Shown: positions 31,790-43,275, numbered from the stretch's first letter. The stretch: 64,000 nucleotides of DNA from Candidatus Bathyarchaeota archaeon (GCA_963826715.1 CAWGYA010000008.1:448001-512000), one strand, 5' to 3'. A program made the numbers and translations. Notes: generated by a model not told the origin, from the sequence alone.

Positions 31790-32483
31790 TGTTCCCTGAA
31801 GAGACAGATGATGAAGATTACTAACTACCTTTTCCTATGAGAGAGGGTATACCCCCCATACCCCCCATGTCAGGAAAAAGTTCTAATTATGTTTTTTGGG
31901 TAAATAGATACCGATGGATTAAGAAATTAACCATCTCTTGTAACTGTCCTGTAATATTAGCGATGATGGGATTAGTTATTTCCACCCATTTTTAGAATTC
32001 CTCTGGTTCTTTTTATCACTTTATGTTGGCGTTAGCTTTTAAGAGTTTCAGTTCATGATTAGGGTTAACAGTTTATAATAAAACAGGGCAAACACCAAGA
32101 CTACTAAAGTAGGCTTAATGAAGCCCATGACCTTTTCCCACAGAAGAGTGAACCATATCAGTCTCAAAAGGTATAGATAATCTTTTACAGGAATGGAAAC
32201 ACATAGAGTGGATATGTCTCAACCTGACGCTTTCGAGAAGAGAGTTAAGGAAGCAATCGAAAAAACAGGTTTACCAACGGAAATTCAAGCTACTAAAACA
32301 TTAGTTGATAATGGTTGGCAAGTTCACCCACACCATACCACGAGATGGGGGTAAAAGAATAAGAAAATGTTACCTAATCATGCTTTTAATAATATGTCAA
32401 AAAAGAGGACATCTTCACTCTTGCCGGGCAATCAATTTTTTCACTTGGAGGATGTCTTGGAATCGCAGTATTCTATGATTGCT

Positions 32484-33308
32484 CTAATAAGCTGATTTTG
32501 AAGTTTGTTTTCTTTTAAAACTTAAAACCATCATAGCTGCAACTAGAAATGAAATTGTACAAGCAACCAAAATCAAGTATACAGGAGATTGCATGTTTAG
32601 ATTTTGATTTGTTGTTTGAATATTTGTTACGGGTTGATTAGGTAAAGTATCATTTGTTAAAATTGGAGAGGGTTCTTTAATATTTGAATAAGAAGAATTT
32701 TTGGGGGTGGACAGTGGAGGTTGAATGGTTACTTCTGGTTGGATGGGGGCGGGTTGAAGTGTGGACTCAGGTATTGGTGCTGATGCAACGTTTTTTGGGA
32801 TGCGACCAACACTTACAGGTGCAGGGTAATCCGCTCCAGATGTGCTCATTGTTATGGAAATTATCTTTGCAATCCAAGAAGCCCCATTGGCATCTGGAAT
32901 GACTAATCGAAGACCTTCAGCGAGCGGTTGACCGTTTAGTTCATAAGCGATTATTATTTGGGGTTCAATTGCTAAATCGATGGGTATAAGGACTTGGTAT
33001 CCGTCTGAAGCAGCAAATTGAATTGACCAAACTTCAGGAGTTAGATGTGTTTGGTTTAGGAGATAACTGAGAGACACTCCGCCCCAACTGCCGTAGGTCA
33101 CTAGTGCACCGTCGCAATATAGGTCAGAGGTAATTTCTGTTTTGGGCATAGCTAAAAGTTGTGCAGATGTAAACGTATAGGTTGCGTGGGATAAGTCGGT
33201 AACAACCAAGTAGACCTCATTGTCAACTGTGGCTGTCCCAATTGGAGCTAGTAGTAATAAAATAAGTATTGTCGTGATTGTAAGGATGAGTAGGTGTTTG
33301 TTTTTCAT
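32484..33308 (-). CDS. secreted molybdopterin-oxidoreductase (sulfite oxidase/MsrP-like) domain protein
   Basis: LYC..WGGVSL...ASDGY...IAYELNGQPL..GLRLVIP..W.K. Confidence 0.8.
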   Translation of the reverse strand: MKNKHLLILTITTILILLLLAPIGTATVDNEVYLVVTDLSHATYTFTSAQLLAMPKTEITSDLYCDGALVTYGSWGGVSLSYLLNQTHLTPEVWSIQFAASDGYQVLIPIDLAIEPQIIIAYELNGQPLAEGLRLVIPDANGASWIAKIISITMSTSGADYPAPVSVGRIPKNVASAPIPESTLQPAPIQPEVTIQPPLSTPKNSSYSNIKEPSPILTNDTLPNQPVTNIQTTNQNLNMQSPVYLILVACTISFLVAAMMVLSFKRKQTSKSAY

Positions 33309-33328
33309 TGTGTTTTATCCTAGCATTA

Positions 33329-33342
33329 ATGACGTGTGTCAT
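33329..33342. promoter_or_regulatory. palindrome ATGAC-N4-GTCAT between TATA and start of 32484..33308
   Basis: Perfect inverted repeat in operator position. Confidence 0.35.
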
Positions 33343-34231
33343 ACTAATAAACTCTTGCAAAATCAATAAAAACAAGCCCAGAAACTCATAATGAAAACAA
33401 AAATGGTGTGAATCAAGAATGCAAATGCTATCCCTTCTGTCTTTTGCAAGTCCTTGAGCTTCAAAGCAAAAAATTTTCCTTTAATTATCATAAGAAAGTA
33501 GTTTGTAAAACAATGAAAAACTTCAATAAGTACAAAGAAAAACGGAAGTGAAAACTTGAAGATACTCATTTTAAAAACGAAGCAATCAAAAAATCAGTGA
33601 AAGAGCAAATTGCCAAAGAAAAAATCCTGAAGATAATCGTGCCTAATAAGACGGAGGGTATTTGTTTGATCCAAAAGAAATTTGAACTTTATTAATTGAA
33701 TTGCCTAGATAAAAATTTCCTAACACTCACCTGTATAAACAACTAAAATTGAAATATTTATTGATTCATTTAGTTATTCAATTATCGTCTAAATTCAGGT
33801 TTAATTGAGTAATTGACGTATACCACTTTTATTTCAAAGGCATCGACAAAGAAATCACTATTGAAAAAAGCTAAAGCACAAAAGTCAGTCACAGAAACCG
33901 ACCCAAGCTTAAACAACACACACAGTGAATACAAAGCTTGTATGTAATTAAGGCAGAAAAAATGGTGACGCCTCGATCTAAAGAGGTAAAAAACATTTCC
34001 TGGACCCGACACCACATAACTTTTAAGATTTCTAAGATAGAAAATTTTGTTTAAAGGGGTTTGCTGAGATTCTGGCACTTTTATTTGTAGGAGAAAAGAA
34101 TTCAAATGCAAACACGATGAACTATGGCATTTCATCGTAAACCAGAGTCTTCTCAGCCCCCTCCACTCTCTAATCGTGATTTTTTTTGTACAAACTAAAA
34201 AAGGGGAAAGATTGTTGGTATCTTGTTTTTT

Positions 34232-36859
34232 TTATGGCCGTTTTCTGAGCATCAGCAACGCAAGTATTGCGCCAACTACTACGATTGCGACAATAATTGC
34301 TGCAATTCCTGGAAGCAGATATGTATCAGCCATGTTTGATGGCGGTGGCTCTGTCGGTGTTGGTGTTGCAGGTGCAGGATCAACTGCAAAAGCTGAAACT
34401 GCGTGAGATGGCCAATATGATTCAGAGCCTGTAAACGAAGCATACACAATGTATTTACCGTCAATGTCAGGTGTCCAGTTTAAGCTAAAGAAGCCATCAG
34501 AATCACTAGTTACTGTGCCGATTTGGCGATAGTTGCCGTTAGCATCAACAACGCTTATTTCAATGGGTACTCCCACAGTGTCAGTTGGACGAGGTTTCTG
34601 CATATAGACGTATTCCATCCATGCAGCTTGGCTTTCGTCAGAGACCGCTGGTAAACCATTGGGGAAGCGTGCTGATTGTACATTCTGTTCTGTACCTGCA
34701 GAGATATCAGTTATTGTGCCTCGAATCACTAAGCTTTGACCACTAGTTATTGCGGCAGAAGGTGTATCGATTGTTAGCTGACTGGGACCTTTACCTAAAG
34801 AATAGATTTGCATATCATAGCAGTTAAGGTAGACAAAGTGACCGTCTGCAACAATGTCGTTTGCGCCGACGTACATGCCTGTGCCCCAACCTTTCATAGT
34901 CCAAATTTCTTCGCCTGTAGTAGCGTTAATGCAGCGGTACTGAGCGTCCTTGTAGAAAGGCGAGTTAGGTGAATGTTCTGTAGTTCCTAAGTATACTTTG
35001 CCGTCAGCGATCACATCAACAAATATAGGCATATGACCGTATGCTGTTCCGAGACCTTCATAGGTACTGTTGCCAACTCCACCGTTACCATATGTCCATA
35101 GCAATTCTCCAGTCTTGTCGTCATAGCAGTATAATATTCCGTCATATCCTGAAGCGTATAAATTACCGTATGCAGATAGAGTGTCTCTTCTAAGAGTGTC
35201 CCATTCTGTCACAACTGGTCCGCTTGTCCATAGGTGGCTACCGTCAGTTAAGCTGTAACCGTTAATTTCTAGCGTCTCTTTGTCTTCAGTGACTAATGTT
35301 CCAGCTATTGCATCGACTGCTACCATTGCCCGTGTGACATTGTTGGGTGCTGGTGGATAAGATCTAGTCCATAGTACTTGCCCAATTGCTCCTTGCTTAA
35401 GGCTGATTGCTGTTACGTTAACTCCTTCCCCATTGATTCTTGGACCTGTTCCAAAGCTTCCCTGAGTCAAAATCAACAGATTGTTGTAAATGACATCTCT
35501 GAAGATGCTCCACTGACCTTTTAGTGATGGGATTGAAATGTTCCAGTCGTATGCTGATGCCGCACTTGCATCTGGGCTTCCCGAATACCAGTTTGTGGGA
35601 CTAAGACCTGTTCCACCGCCGATTACGTTAGATGAGTTCCATTGAGATAGATAATAGCTAATGTTTGAGTTGTTTCCGTAGTTAGTCAGTGTATATATGA
35701 GGTATTCGCCTGTTGGTCCACCGATTGAAGCAGCAGATCCTGATGATGGAGATAGGTTGCCTGAAGCTGATCCTGATGGAACATTAGTAACGTTCATTGA
35801 TGTTAATTGTCCAGTTCTTGGGTCATATCCCCGCCACGTTGTCATCGATCCTACCCTGACGGAGGCTATTAGTAAACCGTTTGGCAGAACTCCGTGTTGG
35901 TTCCCAGTATCATATGAATAAAGATAGCCAAATGATGGAACGATTGAAGTACCAGTTGCTGCAGGATCTATGCGCCAAAGTTCTGCACCAGTTTTTAAGT
36001 CAACTGCAATGTAATCTCCACCGCCACCAGAGTTGCCATATGGCTCTTGATAAAACAGCGTTCCCTGCATCACAATGGCATTACCGAATCTAACGTTGTA
36101 TGAACCACCCATGTAGTAGGTTTCGCCTAAAACATTTGTGTTATTCCCTCCAACAACTCCACCGAATTGAATCGGTTTGGTCCACATGATGTGAGGACTG
36201 TTTGGTCCTAAACCGTCAGATTGGTATCTACCCCAACCCGCGCCACCTGTTGAAGTTGCGCCTGTACGAATGAATGGGGCATTTAACCAATTTGATGCAA
36301 TCATGAACCAACCGTTGTTTTCTCCCTCTATGGGACGAGCCCAGTATTCGGTTGGCAACGGATACGTATCGATGGGAGTAGGCAATTGTTCGTCTTGCAC
36401 TCGTAGGATTGTTGTTGCGTTCGCTGCTTCAAACCAATCGTTCTGGTAGGCACCGCTCCAAGTATAGTTTTGACCAGCATAGTTGAACTTTATTGTGTAA
36501 TTACCGACCTGATCAGGGGTATATGTGTAGAATTGAACACCTGTTGTATCATCGATATAATCCCAAGTGTTGGTAACAATGTTTCCATCTGGTTTGGTGA
36601 TTGTTAAAGTATAGTCGTGTCGTCTAATGTCGTTTGCAACATTTGCACTGGGTAATGGAACGTCTACCCACATGTAAACTTGAACGGTTTGGCCAACACC
36701 AACTGGTGATGGAGCAACGCTTACGTATGCAAAAGATGGAATATTCCATCCAGGGGAGTGAGCGCTAGCTGAAGGTGATAATAGTAGTTGAGAGCTTATA
36801 GTTATCATTAGAACTAAAGTAATTATTGAAGCTATAGTCTTATTTGCAATATATTTCAT
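34232..36859 (-). CDS. large secreted PQQ-like beta-propeller protein with Ig-like domains and C-terminal TM
   Basis: Repeated AxD..TG.xxW motifs; signal peptide; TM + KRP tail. Confidence 0.85.
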   Translation of the reverse strand: MKYIANKTIASIITLVLMITISSQLLLSPSASAHSPGWNIPSFAYVSVAPSPVGVGQTVQVYMWVDVPLPSANVANDIRRHDYTLTITKPDGNIVTNTWDYIDDTTGVQFYTYTPDQVGNYTIKFNYAGQNYTWSGAYQNDWFEAANATTILRVQDEQLPTPIDTYPLPTEYWARPIEGENNGWFMIASNWLNAPFIRTGATSTGGAGWGRYQSDGLGPNSPHIMWTKPIQFGGVVGGNNTNVLGETYYMGGSYNVRFGNAIVMQGTLFYQEPYGNSGGGGDYIAVDLKTGAELWRIDPAATGTSIVPSFGYLYSYDTGNQHGVLPNGLLIASVRVGSMTTWRGYDPRTGQLTSMNVTNVPSGSASGNLSPSSGSAASIGGPTGEYLIYTLTNYGNNSNISYYLSQWNSSNVIGGGTGLSPTNWYSGSPDASAASAYDWNISIPSLKGQWSIFRDVIYNNLLILTQGSFGTGPRINGEGVNVTAISLKQGAIGQVLWTRSYPPAPNNVTRAMVAVDAIAGTLVTEDKETLEINGYSLTDGSHLWTSGPVVTEWDTLRRDTLSAYGNLYASGYDGILYCYDDKTGELLWTYGNGGVGNSTYEGLGTAYGHMPIFVDVIADGKVYLGTTEHSPNSPFYKDAQYRCINATTGEEIWTMKGWGTGMYVGANDIVADGHFVYLNCYDMQIYSLGKGPSQLTIDTPSAAITSGQSLVIRGTITDISAGTEQNVQSARFPNGLPAVSDESQAAWMEYVYMQKPRPTDTVGVPIEISVVDANGNYRQIGTVTSDSDGFFSLNWTPDIDGKYIVYASFTGSESYWPSHAVSAFAVDPAPATPTPTEPPPSNMADTYLLPGIAAIIVAIVVVGAILALLMLRKRP

Positions 36860-37035
36860 TTTTTTTTCTCCTAAATTTTACGGTATAGAATCAACTGTGA
36901 ACGTTATTAAGCCCCGCTCCTTAAGCGTGAGTACAAAAAAATGTATATTTTAAGAACTAGATACAAAGTCCTACGATTAATTTTAACTAAAACAAATAGT
37001 AAAAACAAATAAAAGACAAAGCGAAATAAATACTT

Positions 37036-37710
37036 ATGTCAGAGTACCAAGCGTTCAGGGTTACATATGAAATCATTTCTGCACTTCTTTGTTTCATCCT
37101 AGTATGGTTTATGATGAAACCATATCGGTTCACAAGAAAAGGGCAATATGTTGGCTTACCGCTGGCTTTTGGTTTGCTTGGCGCATCCTACTTATTCTCG
37201 GCCATAATATATGCTAGACCTAGTTTTTTTTCGGAAGATGTTTTATGGTTCCAACTAGTTGCAAGAGCTTTTGCATTTATTTTTCTTGGGGCTACCTATC
37301 TTTTTTCAAAAAAGCAGAGTGAGACTGTACAGCTAATTTGGAAAATAACATTTAGTATAATTGTAGCTGCTATCATAACTTCAGTAATAGCGGTAATTTT
37401 CTTACCTCAACTAAACTTCGATAGCTACCGAACAGCTTCATCGTACGTCCGTATTCCCATAATTATTTCACTTATTTATGTCATAATTCAAACTATTAAG
37501 AACCATATAGCAAAGCCCCTTCCAACAACATTATTGACTCCTATGGGCTATATCCTGCTCGCAATAAGCCAGTTTTCGTTGATAATTTGGGGCGCCGAGG
37601 AAAGTATGATTGCATGGTGGGAATCACTCGCACTTCGCTGGTGCGCCTTAGCGATTTTTCTTTTCGTTGCATATACAACATTTTATCGATCACACAAAAA
37701 GGAAATTTAA
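37036..37710 (+). CDS. 7-TM membrane protein
   Basis: About seven hydrophobic helices; abuts wHTH gene. Confidence 0.7.
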   Translation: MSEYQAFRVTYEIISALLCFILVWFMMKPYRFTRKGQYVGLPLAFGLLGASYLFSAIIYARPSFFSEDVLWFQLVARAFAFIFLGATYLFSKKQSETVQLIWKITFSIIVAAIITSVIAVIFLPQLNFDSYRTASSYVRIPIIISLIYVIIQTIKNHIAKPLPTTLLTPMGYILLAISQFSLIIWGAEESMIAWWESLALRWCALAIFLFVAYTTFYRSHKKEI

Positions 37711-37980
37711 ATGAAAAATGCACGTAGAGACAAAGTCATAATCTATGGTGACTTACTTTCAGTGCTAAATGAAGAGTCTAAGAACGAAAAAATAGTGTTA
37801 ACACATATCCAGGTGAGACTAAATGTCTCCTTTGACCGTTTAAAGAAATATCTTGTTAACCTTAAAGACCTTGGATTGGTTGAGGACGAGAATTCACCGA
37901 GGCTTACTGAAAAAGGAAAACAATACTTGAAAGAATACGAAAAAGTCCTTGATTTCATAAAACGAATGAATCTACTTTAA
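37711..37980 (+). CDS. winged-helix regulator (ArnR1-like)
   Basis: RRDK..IYGDLL...THIQ..NVSFDRLKKYL...LTEKG. Confidence 0.8.
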   Translation: MKNARRDKVIIYGDLLSVLNEESKNEKIVLTHIQVRLNVSFDRLKKYLVNLKDLGLVEDENSPRLTEKGKQYLKEYEKVLDFIKRMNLL

Positions 37981-38579
37981 TGGTGGCAAAAGATTAATGA
38001 CTAAAACAATTTCCGCTATGCTTTGTGCTTAAAAACTAAGATTAACAGAGATCAGAAAGGAAAAGGAAGTAAATAACGAAATTTTCAATTACACTTGATT
38101 AAGTATTTTTTTGTCATGTGTTTTATGTACGATTCTTAATTTTCATCTTTTTTTCTTCTTTTATTTTAGTGAGCTCAACTAACATTTCTCTCTAGGTTAA
38201 ATCACCTTTCTTAAATTTAGCAATCGATTAGTTTTAAAACAGTTCTAATATCAAAGTCAAAACTAATTATTACCCTCACAAAAGAATTCAATTACAAATT
38301 TCCCCTCACTATCCTCACTTAAATCCATTGAAAGAGGACCACCACAAAGCGGACACGTAAAAAACTCCAAAGCTTTCTTACTCCGCACAATTAAAATCTT
38401 TTTGTAACTTATTCTTAAAGTATTGTATCCTGTATATTGAAAATGTATCGTTTATTCGGTTTTCTACTCTTGCAACACTATTTGTCGCATAAGTAATGTA
38501 AAATAGGTTGTTTTCTCTTTTTAATAAGCAAAATATAAAGACACTAACTTAAAAAAACACTTTTTAAGTTCTGGTTTTC

Positions 38580-39902
38580 CTATTTTTTAGTCTTGAAGAG
38601 AATGAAGACCCCAGCTGCCGCTAAGGTTGCCGTTAAAGCTACTAAAACTGTCAGAAAGACCATGGTTGAAATGTCTTTCATTGGATTTTCGGAATGAGGA
38701 AATGCGTCGTTTGAATCAGTCGAATTTGCTGGCGATACAAACGGTATTGTAGAAAGTAAAATTGAGTGATTCCAATAAACAAGTGAGCCATAATCTTTCA
38801 GGATACTGATCTCAAGTGCATCATCGTATATCATGTCTAAGCTGGAACCAGCTTGCCTTAAAACATCGCTTAGATCAATACTAATTGGAGTTGACAATGT
38901 ATCTGCTTCCCATAGCCCCCAAATTTTATCGTTTGGTCCACGAAAACCGAATGCATAATCTTTAGGAAGTACATATGCGGTCCGCTCATTGACAGGACTT
39001 ATTTTCCTCGAGTTTGTTTGAGAATATTGCCAGAACTGCTTTAGTGCAGCATAGTGTTCCTGCTCAAGAATACTCCCTGTGTAATTTTCGTTAGAATTGA
39101 AAACTATAATGTATTTTGCGCCATTATCGTAAGCTAATAAAAGATCGTTATAGAGTTCTGGACCCGACTCTATATACGGCGGTTGTTTATAAGTCCAAGT
39201 TATCATTGCGCCCCACTCTTTATTTTGGATAGTAGCTGCGCCTCTGCAAAGACCGACATTTAATTGTCTGCTGTAGTTCCAGCCGAACTGGGCTAAAACT
39301 ACATCATAACCTGCCTGATAATCGAACCAATAAAGCGAATAATCCGAGGTAAATAAAGAAACATCATTACCACCTGAATAACCGTCTCTGAACCAGCTAA
39401 CAGCGTTGCTTACTTTTGAGTTAAATTGGGTATTTGCATCAAGATAGTTTTCTGCTTGTTTAACTGTCATCCAATCTGAAACATGATCGAGTTGGCGCCC
39501 CCCAACTTCATCTGTATAATAAATGCCTAAAAACTGGTTTCCCCACCTTGTCTTAGCTATATCGAGCCAATCGGACTTATTCATAGAAAACCAACTATAA
39601 TCTAAAGGATACTCCTGATAAACAATAAAAAACAAGCCCTTATCAAAAAGATATTGGCATGCTTCCTCAAGCTTGAGCCTGTTTTGAGTAACCCCCGTAC
39701 AACCAAGCACAAAGAGATTAGTGTATGAGCCAACATCGTCGGCTAATTGTTTAACATCACCGACATCACCGTAGGCGATATCCACTCCGACAAAAACCCT
39801 GGGAAAATTCTCGTCTAGGACACCAAATGTGGGAGAAACGCCTGAAAACAGAGAGCCAATCAGTGCAAGAAATAAAAATAATCCGATTAATCTATCATGC
39901 AT
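38580..39902 (-). CDS. secreted protein, possible TIM-barrel glycoside-hydrolase-like fold
   Basis: Signal peptide, GIYYTDEVGG, C-terminal TM. Confidence 0.6.
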   Translation of the reverse strand: MHDRLIGLFLFLALIGSLFSGVSPTFGVLDENFPRVFVGVDIAYGDVGDVKQLADDVGSYTNLFVLGCTGVTQNRLKLEEACQYLFDKGLFFIVYQEYPLDYSWFSMNKSDWLDIAKTRWGNQFLGIYYTDEVGGRQLDHVSDWMTVKQAENYLDANTQFNSKVSNAVSWFRDGYSGGNDVSLFTSDYSLYWFDYQAGYDVVLAQFGWNYSRQLNVGLCRGAATIQNKEWGAMITWTYKQPPYIESGPELYNDLLLAYDNGAKYIIVFNSNENYTGSILEQEHYAALKQFWQYSQTNSRKISPVNERTAYVLPKDYAFGFRGPNDKIWGLWEADTLSTPISIDLSDVLRQAGSSLDMIYDDALEISILKDYGSLVYWNHSILLSTIPFVSPANSTDSNDAFPHSENPMKDISTMVFLTVLVALTATLAAAGVFILFKTKK

Positions 39903-40039
39903 TGACGCTTAAAAGGAAAGAAGCTATTTTAAAGTTATCTGCAACCCGCCAGATTGTAGGAAGCTATGAGTTTTGCAGAATATGAAATTTGGCATATCAC
40001 TTTCAGTTAACTTATATGGAGCTAAAAAGGGATCCCGGT

Positions 40040-41359
40040 CTAAGGTGTCAGTCTGACGCGGTCTCTGGGGTAGAGAGTGACTTCACGAATGTTCTTCTTA
40101 CCGGTCAAAATCATCGTTAGCCGTTCCAGACCTATAGCCCAACCTGCATGCGGCGGCATTCCAAAATCGTAGGCTTGAAGATGGCAATTAAACGATTTTG
40201 GGTTTAAGCCCTTTTCCTTGAGGCGTTCAATTAACTGATCTTTATTAGCAATTCTTGTTCCACCTGAAACCAGCTCGATGTAGCGCCACATTAAATCGAA
40301 ACCCTCGCACAGCTTTGGGTTGTCATCATGAGGTTTAATATAAAAGGCTTTAGCGTGGGTTGGCCAATCCGTAACGAAATAGAAGTATGGGTAGAGTTTA
40401 CCCAGTTCACGGAAAGCTTCCGTTGGTATGTCATCACCCCATGGAATGTCTACGCCATGAACTTTAAGGTCTTCGAGCACCTGTGTGTAGGTTAACCGCT
40501 TAAACGGCAGAACGGGGACCTCGAATTTGTACTCAAGCGCAGCCAACTCAGACACACATCTCTCTTTCACAGTTTTAAAGGCGTAGTGAATAACTTGCTC
40601 TAGCAACGTCATGAGATCATCAGCGCTGGCGAAAGCCTGCTCCACATCAATTGAGGTAAACTCGCTGAGGTGCCGCCGTGTGTGGGATTCTTCAGCTCGG
40701 AAAAAAGGACCTACCTCAAACACTTTCTCAAAGCTGAGCGTTAATTCTTCCTTGTAAAGTTGTGGACTCTGAGCAAGGTACGCCTTCTGTTCGAAGTAGT
40801 TTACGCTGAAGAGTTCAGCGCCGCCCTCAGTTGCCGAGGCAATTATGCGTGGGGTGTGAACCTCCAAAAAGTCCTTGTCGAAGAGAAAACTACGCACCGC
40901 CTCAAGCGCTGTATGCTGGATCTTGAAGATAGCCAATACTTTTTCCTGAGTGAGATCTAGGGCTCTTGAGTCTATACGAGCTTCGATGTTAGCGGGAGTT
41001 TTGCCTGTGATGTCTATTGGCAACTGATCAGTAGCGGTGTTGAGGATCTTGATAGCTGTTGGGATAACTTCGATTCCTCGGGTAGTCATGTTGGTTTTTT
41101 TTACGGTCCCCCTAACTGCCAGAGCAAAGCGTTTTTGAAGGCAATCGGATTTGGTTAAAACTTCAGGGTCTACTCTCTTTTTAGGTATGGTAAGTTGCAG
41201 AGTACCTTCTCGGTCTTGGATTATTATAAATCGGATTCCACCTAGGTCACGAACTTCTTGAACCCAACCGAACAGGATAACTTCTTTGCTGTCCAATTCA
41301 GGGGTCACTTGACTAGTATAATGAGTTCTAACCCACTCGCCGATTGAGTCCAAGTTCAT
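40040..41359 (-). CDS. aspS: archaeal aspartyl-tRNA synthetase
   Basis: GWV..RDLGG, LAQSPQLYK, FRAEES, PPHAGWAIGLER. Confidence 0.96.
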   Translation of the reverse strand: MNLDSIGEWVRTHYTSQVTPELDSKEVILFGWVQEVRDLGGIRFIIIQDREGTLQLTIPKKRVDPEVLTKSDCLQKRFALAVRGTVKKTNMTTRGIEVIPTAIKILNTATDQLPIDITGKTPANIEARIDSRALDLTQEKVLAIFKIQHTALEAVRSFLFDKDFLEVHTPRIIASATEGGAELFSVNYFEQKAYLAQSPQLYKEELTLSFEKVFEVGPFFRAEESHTRRHLSEFTSIDVEQAFASADDLMTLLEQVIHYAFKTVKERCVSELAALEYKFEVPVLPFKRLTYTQVLEDLKVHGVDIPWGDDIPTEAFRELGKLYPYFYFVTDWPTHAKAFYIKPHDDNPKLCEGFDLMWRYIELVSGGTRIANKDQLIERLKEKGLNPKSFNCHLQAYDFGMPPHAGWAIGLERLTMILTGKKNIREVTLYPRDRVRLTP

Positions 41360-41373
41360 GCGCTGTCAACCTT

Positions 41374-41883
41374 TTAATCTGCAATTTCTACCCGAAGAGA
41401 CATTTTGCGTGTTTTGCTGGCGATTTCTTTTAATGCGTTTAAGTCCATGGGCAATTGCGCACCACGTTTTCGCCTCAGAATAACTCGAGTTTCGGTGGTT
41501 CCGTCGGGAATCCAAATGGTGTTAATAGTGAGAATGCTGAAGGGCACGAAGAGGTCTTCAAGAAATTTGCGGTCGTCAACGCCGTATTCGAGTACACGCA
41601 CGTTTTTGCCAGTTTCGTCGCCAATGGTTTTGACGATTTTGCCGCCGTAACCTAAAAGTTTAGGGACATCTCCATGTCCGACGAGGATGGCTAACGTTTT
41701 TTCAACATCAACTGCTTTGTAGAAGCAGACGTTTTGCAGGGAAGGATATTTCTCCTCTAAGTTGAGCAGTAAACGGGCGATTTTCAGATCTAAGTCACTG
41801 ATTTCGCCAGTTTTTACTTTGGCTGAACATTTTTGGCATAGTATGCCGCTTTTTAGGCAGAAACTGCATAGTTCTGTTTTCAT
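41374..41883 (-). CDS. archaeal NusA-like KH-domain protein with N-terminal Zn motif
   Basis: C.FC.KSGILC.KC; LLGYGGKIVK KH loop. Confidence 0.75.
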   Translation of the reverse strand: MKTELCSFCLKSGILCQKCSAKVKTGEISDLDLKIARLLLNLEEKYPSLQNVCFYKAVDVEKTLAILVGHGDVPKLLGYGGKIVKTIGDETGKNVRVLEYGVDDRKFLEDLFVPFSILTINTIWIPDGTTETRVILRRKRGAQLPMDLNALKEIASKTRKMSLRVEIAD

Positions 41884-41930
41884 TTGGAGTCGTTTTTCCT
41901 GCAAAGAAGGAGTTTACACTTTATCGTGAT

Positions 41931-42224
41931 TTAACGCATCAACGTAATTTCTATAGTGCTAACGTTAGTGGAGCCCTGAGTAGTTTCTTCTTGGTCGAGC
42001 GGTGAGAACTGATCTGTTCCTATTCCGATTGCCTTGATTCTTAAATCAGGCAAGAATCGGTGTCTGACAACTTCAGCTACATCAATGGCTCTGCTGATGG
42101 ATCTACCACGTGCTTTGATGCTGACTTCTTTTGCGCCGCCATGGAAGAAAGTGATGCATGCAAGGACATAGTTCATGATTGGTTTTTTACCGATTAAGAC
42201 TGCAGCGCTGGTGGTTTCCGTCAC
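41931..42224 (-). CDS. albA: DNA/RNA-binding protein Alba
   Basis: [26 protein letters not shown]. Confidence 0.93.
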   Translation of the reverse strand: MTETTSAAVLIGKKPIMNYVLACITFFHGGAKEVSIKARGRSISRAIDVAEVVRHRFLPDLRIKAIGIGTDQFSPLDQEETTQGSTNVSTIEITLMR

Positions 42225-42447
42225 GATTTCGCTTCACTCCTAGTTTACTTTTAGTGGCTTCACTACATTTTTTTGGAAATAAATAGGTTGTGGTATAAGC
42301 GCGTTGTTCTATCTGGGGATTTCGGATTAGTACTTATGAGTCCAAATAGTTTATAATCTAATATAAAGTACCGTGCACTATTGGGGACATCAGATTCATA
42401 AGCAACTTCACTATTGTAAAGGTTTAACTTAACAAACATAGCCATAA

Positions 42448-42915
42448 GTGACCAAATTGGAACTATTAACTAAACGTTCAATTCAGCTTTTAAAAACCAT
42501 TTATGAAAAAGGAAAATCCACAAACGCCTACACGCTTCGGATTAAGCAAGATGAACTTTCAGAGCAATTAGGAGTTAGCAGACAGGCATTAAACGTTCAT
42601 CTTCGCAAACTCAAAAACCGAGGCTACATCCGCACCGGTCGAGGTTTCATCGACGTTACAGAAAAGGGACTAAACGTATTGGGTATATCGACCACTCCGG
42701 CTTTTATACTACTCAAAATTTCCCCAATAAAACGCATCCAAGTCTACGAGCAAATTCGGGATTTAGCTGTTTCACGAGCCTTCCGTGTTGCAGGCGAAGT
42801 TGATGCGTTAATCATCGTGGAACGAGAAAACTTAGACGAAGTGCTAAAGAAACTCTACAGTATTGATGGTATAGAAGACACACGGTCGTATGTAACTATA
42901 GAAGTAATCAAGTAG
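42448..42915 (+). CDS. Lrp/AsnC-type regulator
   Basis: HTH plus RAM domain (VAGEVD...IDGIEDTRS). Confidence 0.8.
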   Translation: MTKLELLTKRSIQLLKTIYEKGKSTNAYTLRIKQDELSEQLGVSRQALNVHLRKLKNRGYIRTGRGFIDVTEKGLNVLGISTTPAFILLKISPIKRIQVYEQIRDLAVSRAFRVAGEVDALIIVERENLDEVLKKLYSIDGIEDTRSYVTIEVIK

Positions 42916-43008
42916 CCTATATGGAAGCTGATATGCCGGAGTTAAGACAAAAGGTATATTTGAGACTAAATCATCAAAGAGTTAGCCAAACAAAAGGAAT
43001 CACAAAAA

Positions 43009-43170
43009 ATGCCGATATTAGATCCAGTAAAGAAAGCCATAGCGCAAAAACATCGCTTATATATGAAAATCTGCAGAGAATGCGGTGTACGTAACGCAGC
43101 TACCGCATTAAAATGTAGAAAATGCAAAGGCAAAAATCTGCGCTGGAAGAAACGTGAAATAGTGAAATAA
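43009..43170 (+). CDS. rpl40e: 50S ribosomal protein L40e
   Basis: MPILDPVKKAIAQKHRLYMKICRECGVRNAATALKCRKCKGKNLRWKKREIVK; below ORF-track cutoff. Confidence 0.93.
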   Translation: MPILDPVKKAIAQKHRLYMKICRECGVRNAATALKCRKCKGKNLRWKKREIVK

Positions 43171-43275
43171 TAGTTCACTTTTCTTTACTTATTTAATTTT
43201 AAGTTAAATTAGAAGTTTTCTTTAGCGACCCCTGATAAACTCTAATTACTATGCGGGTCCATAAAGACTGATCGT

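Noticed and set aside
32214-32330. Fragment MSQPDAFEKRVKEAIEKTGLPTEIQ... resembling a PD-(D/E)XK nuclease N-terminus
   Set aside because: Too short and truncated to support a call
42966-43178. Minus-strand 70-aa ORF in the ORF track
   Set aside because: Antisense shadow of rpl40e (43009..43170)
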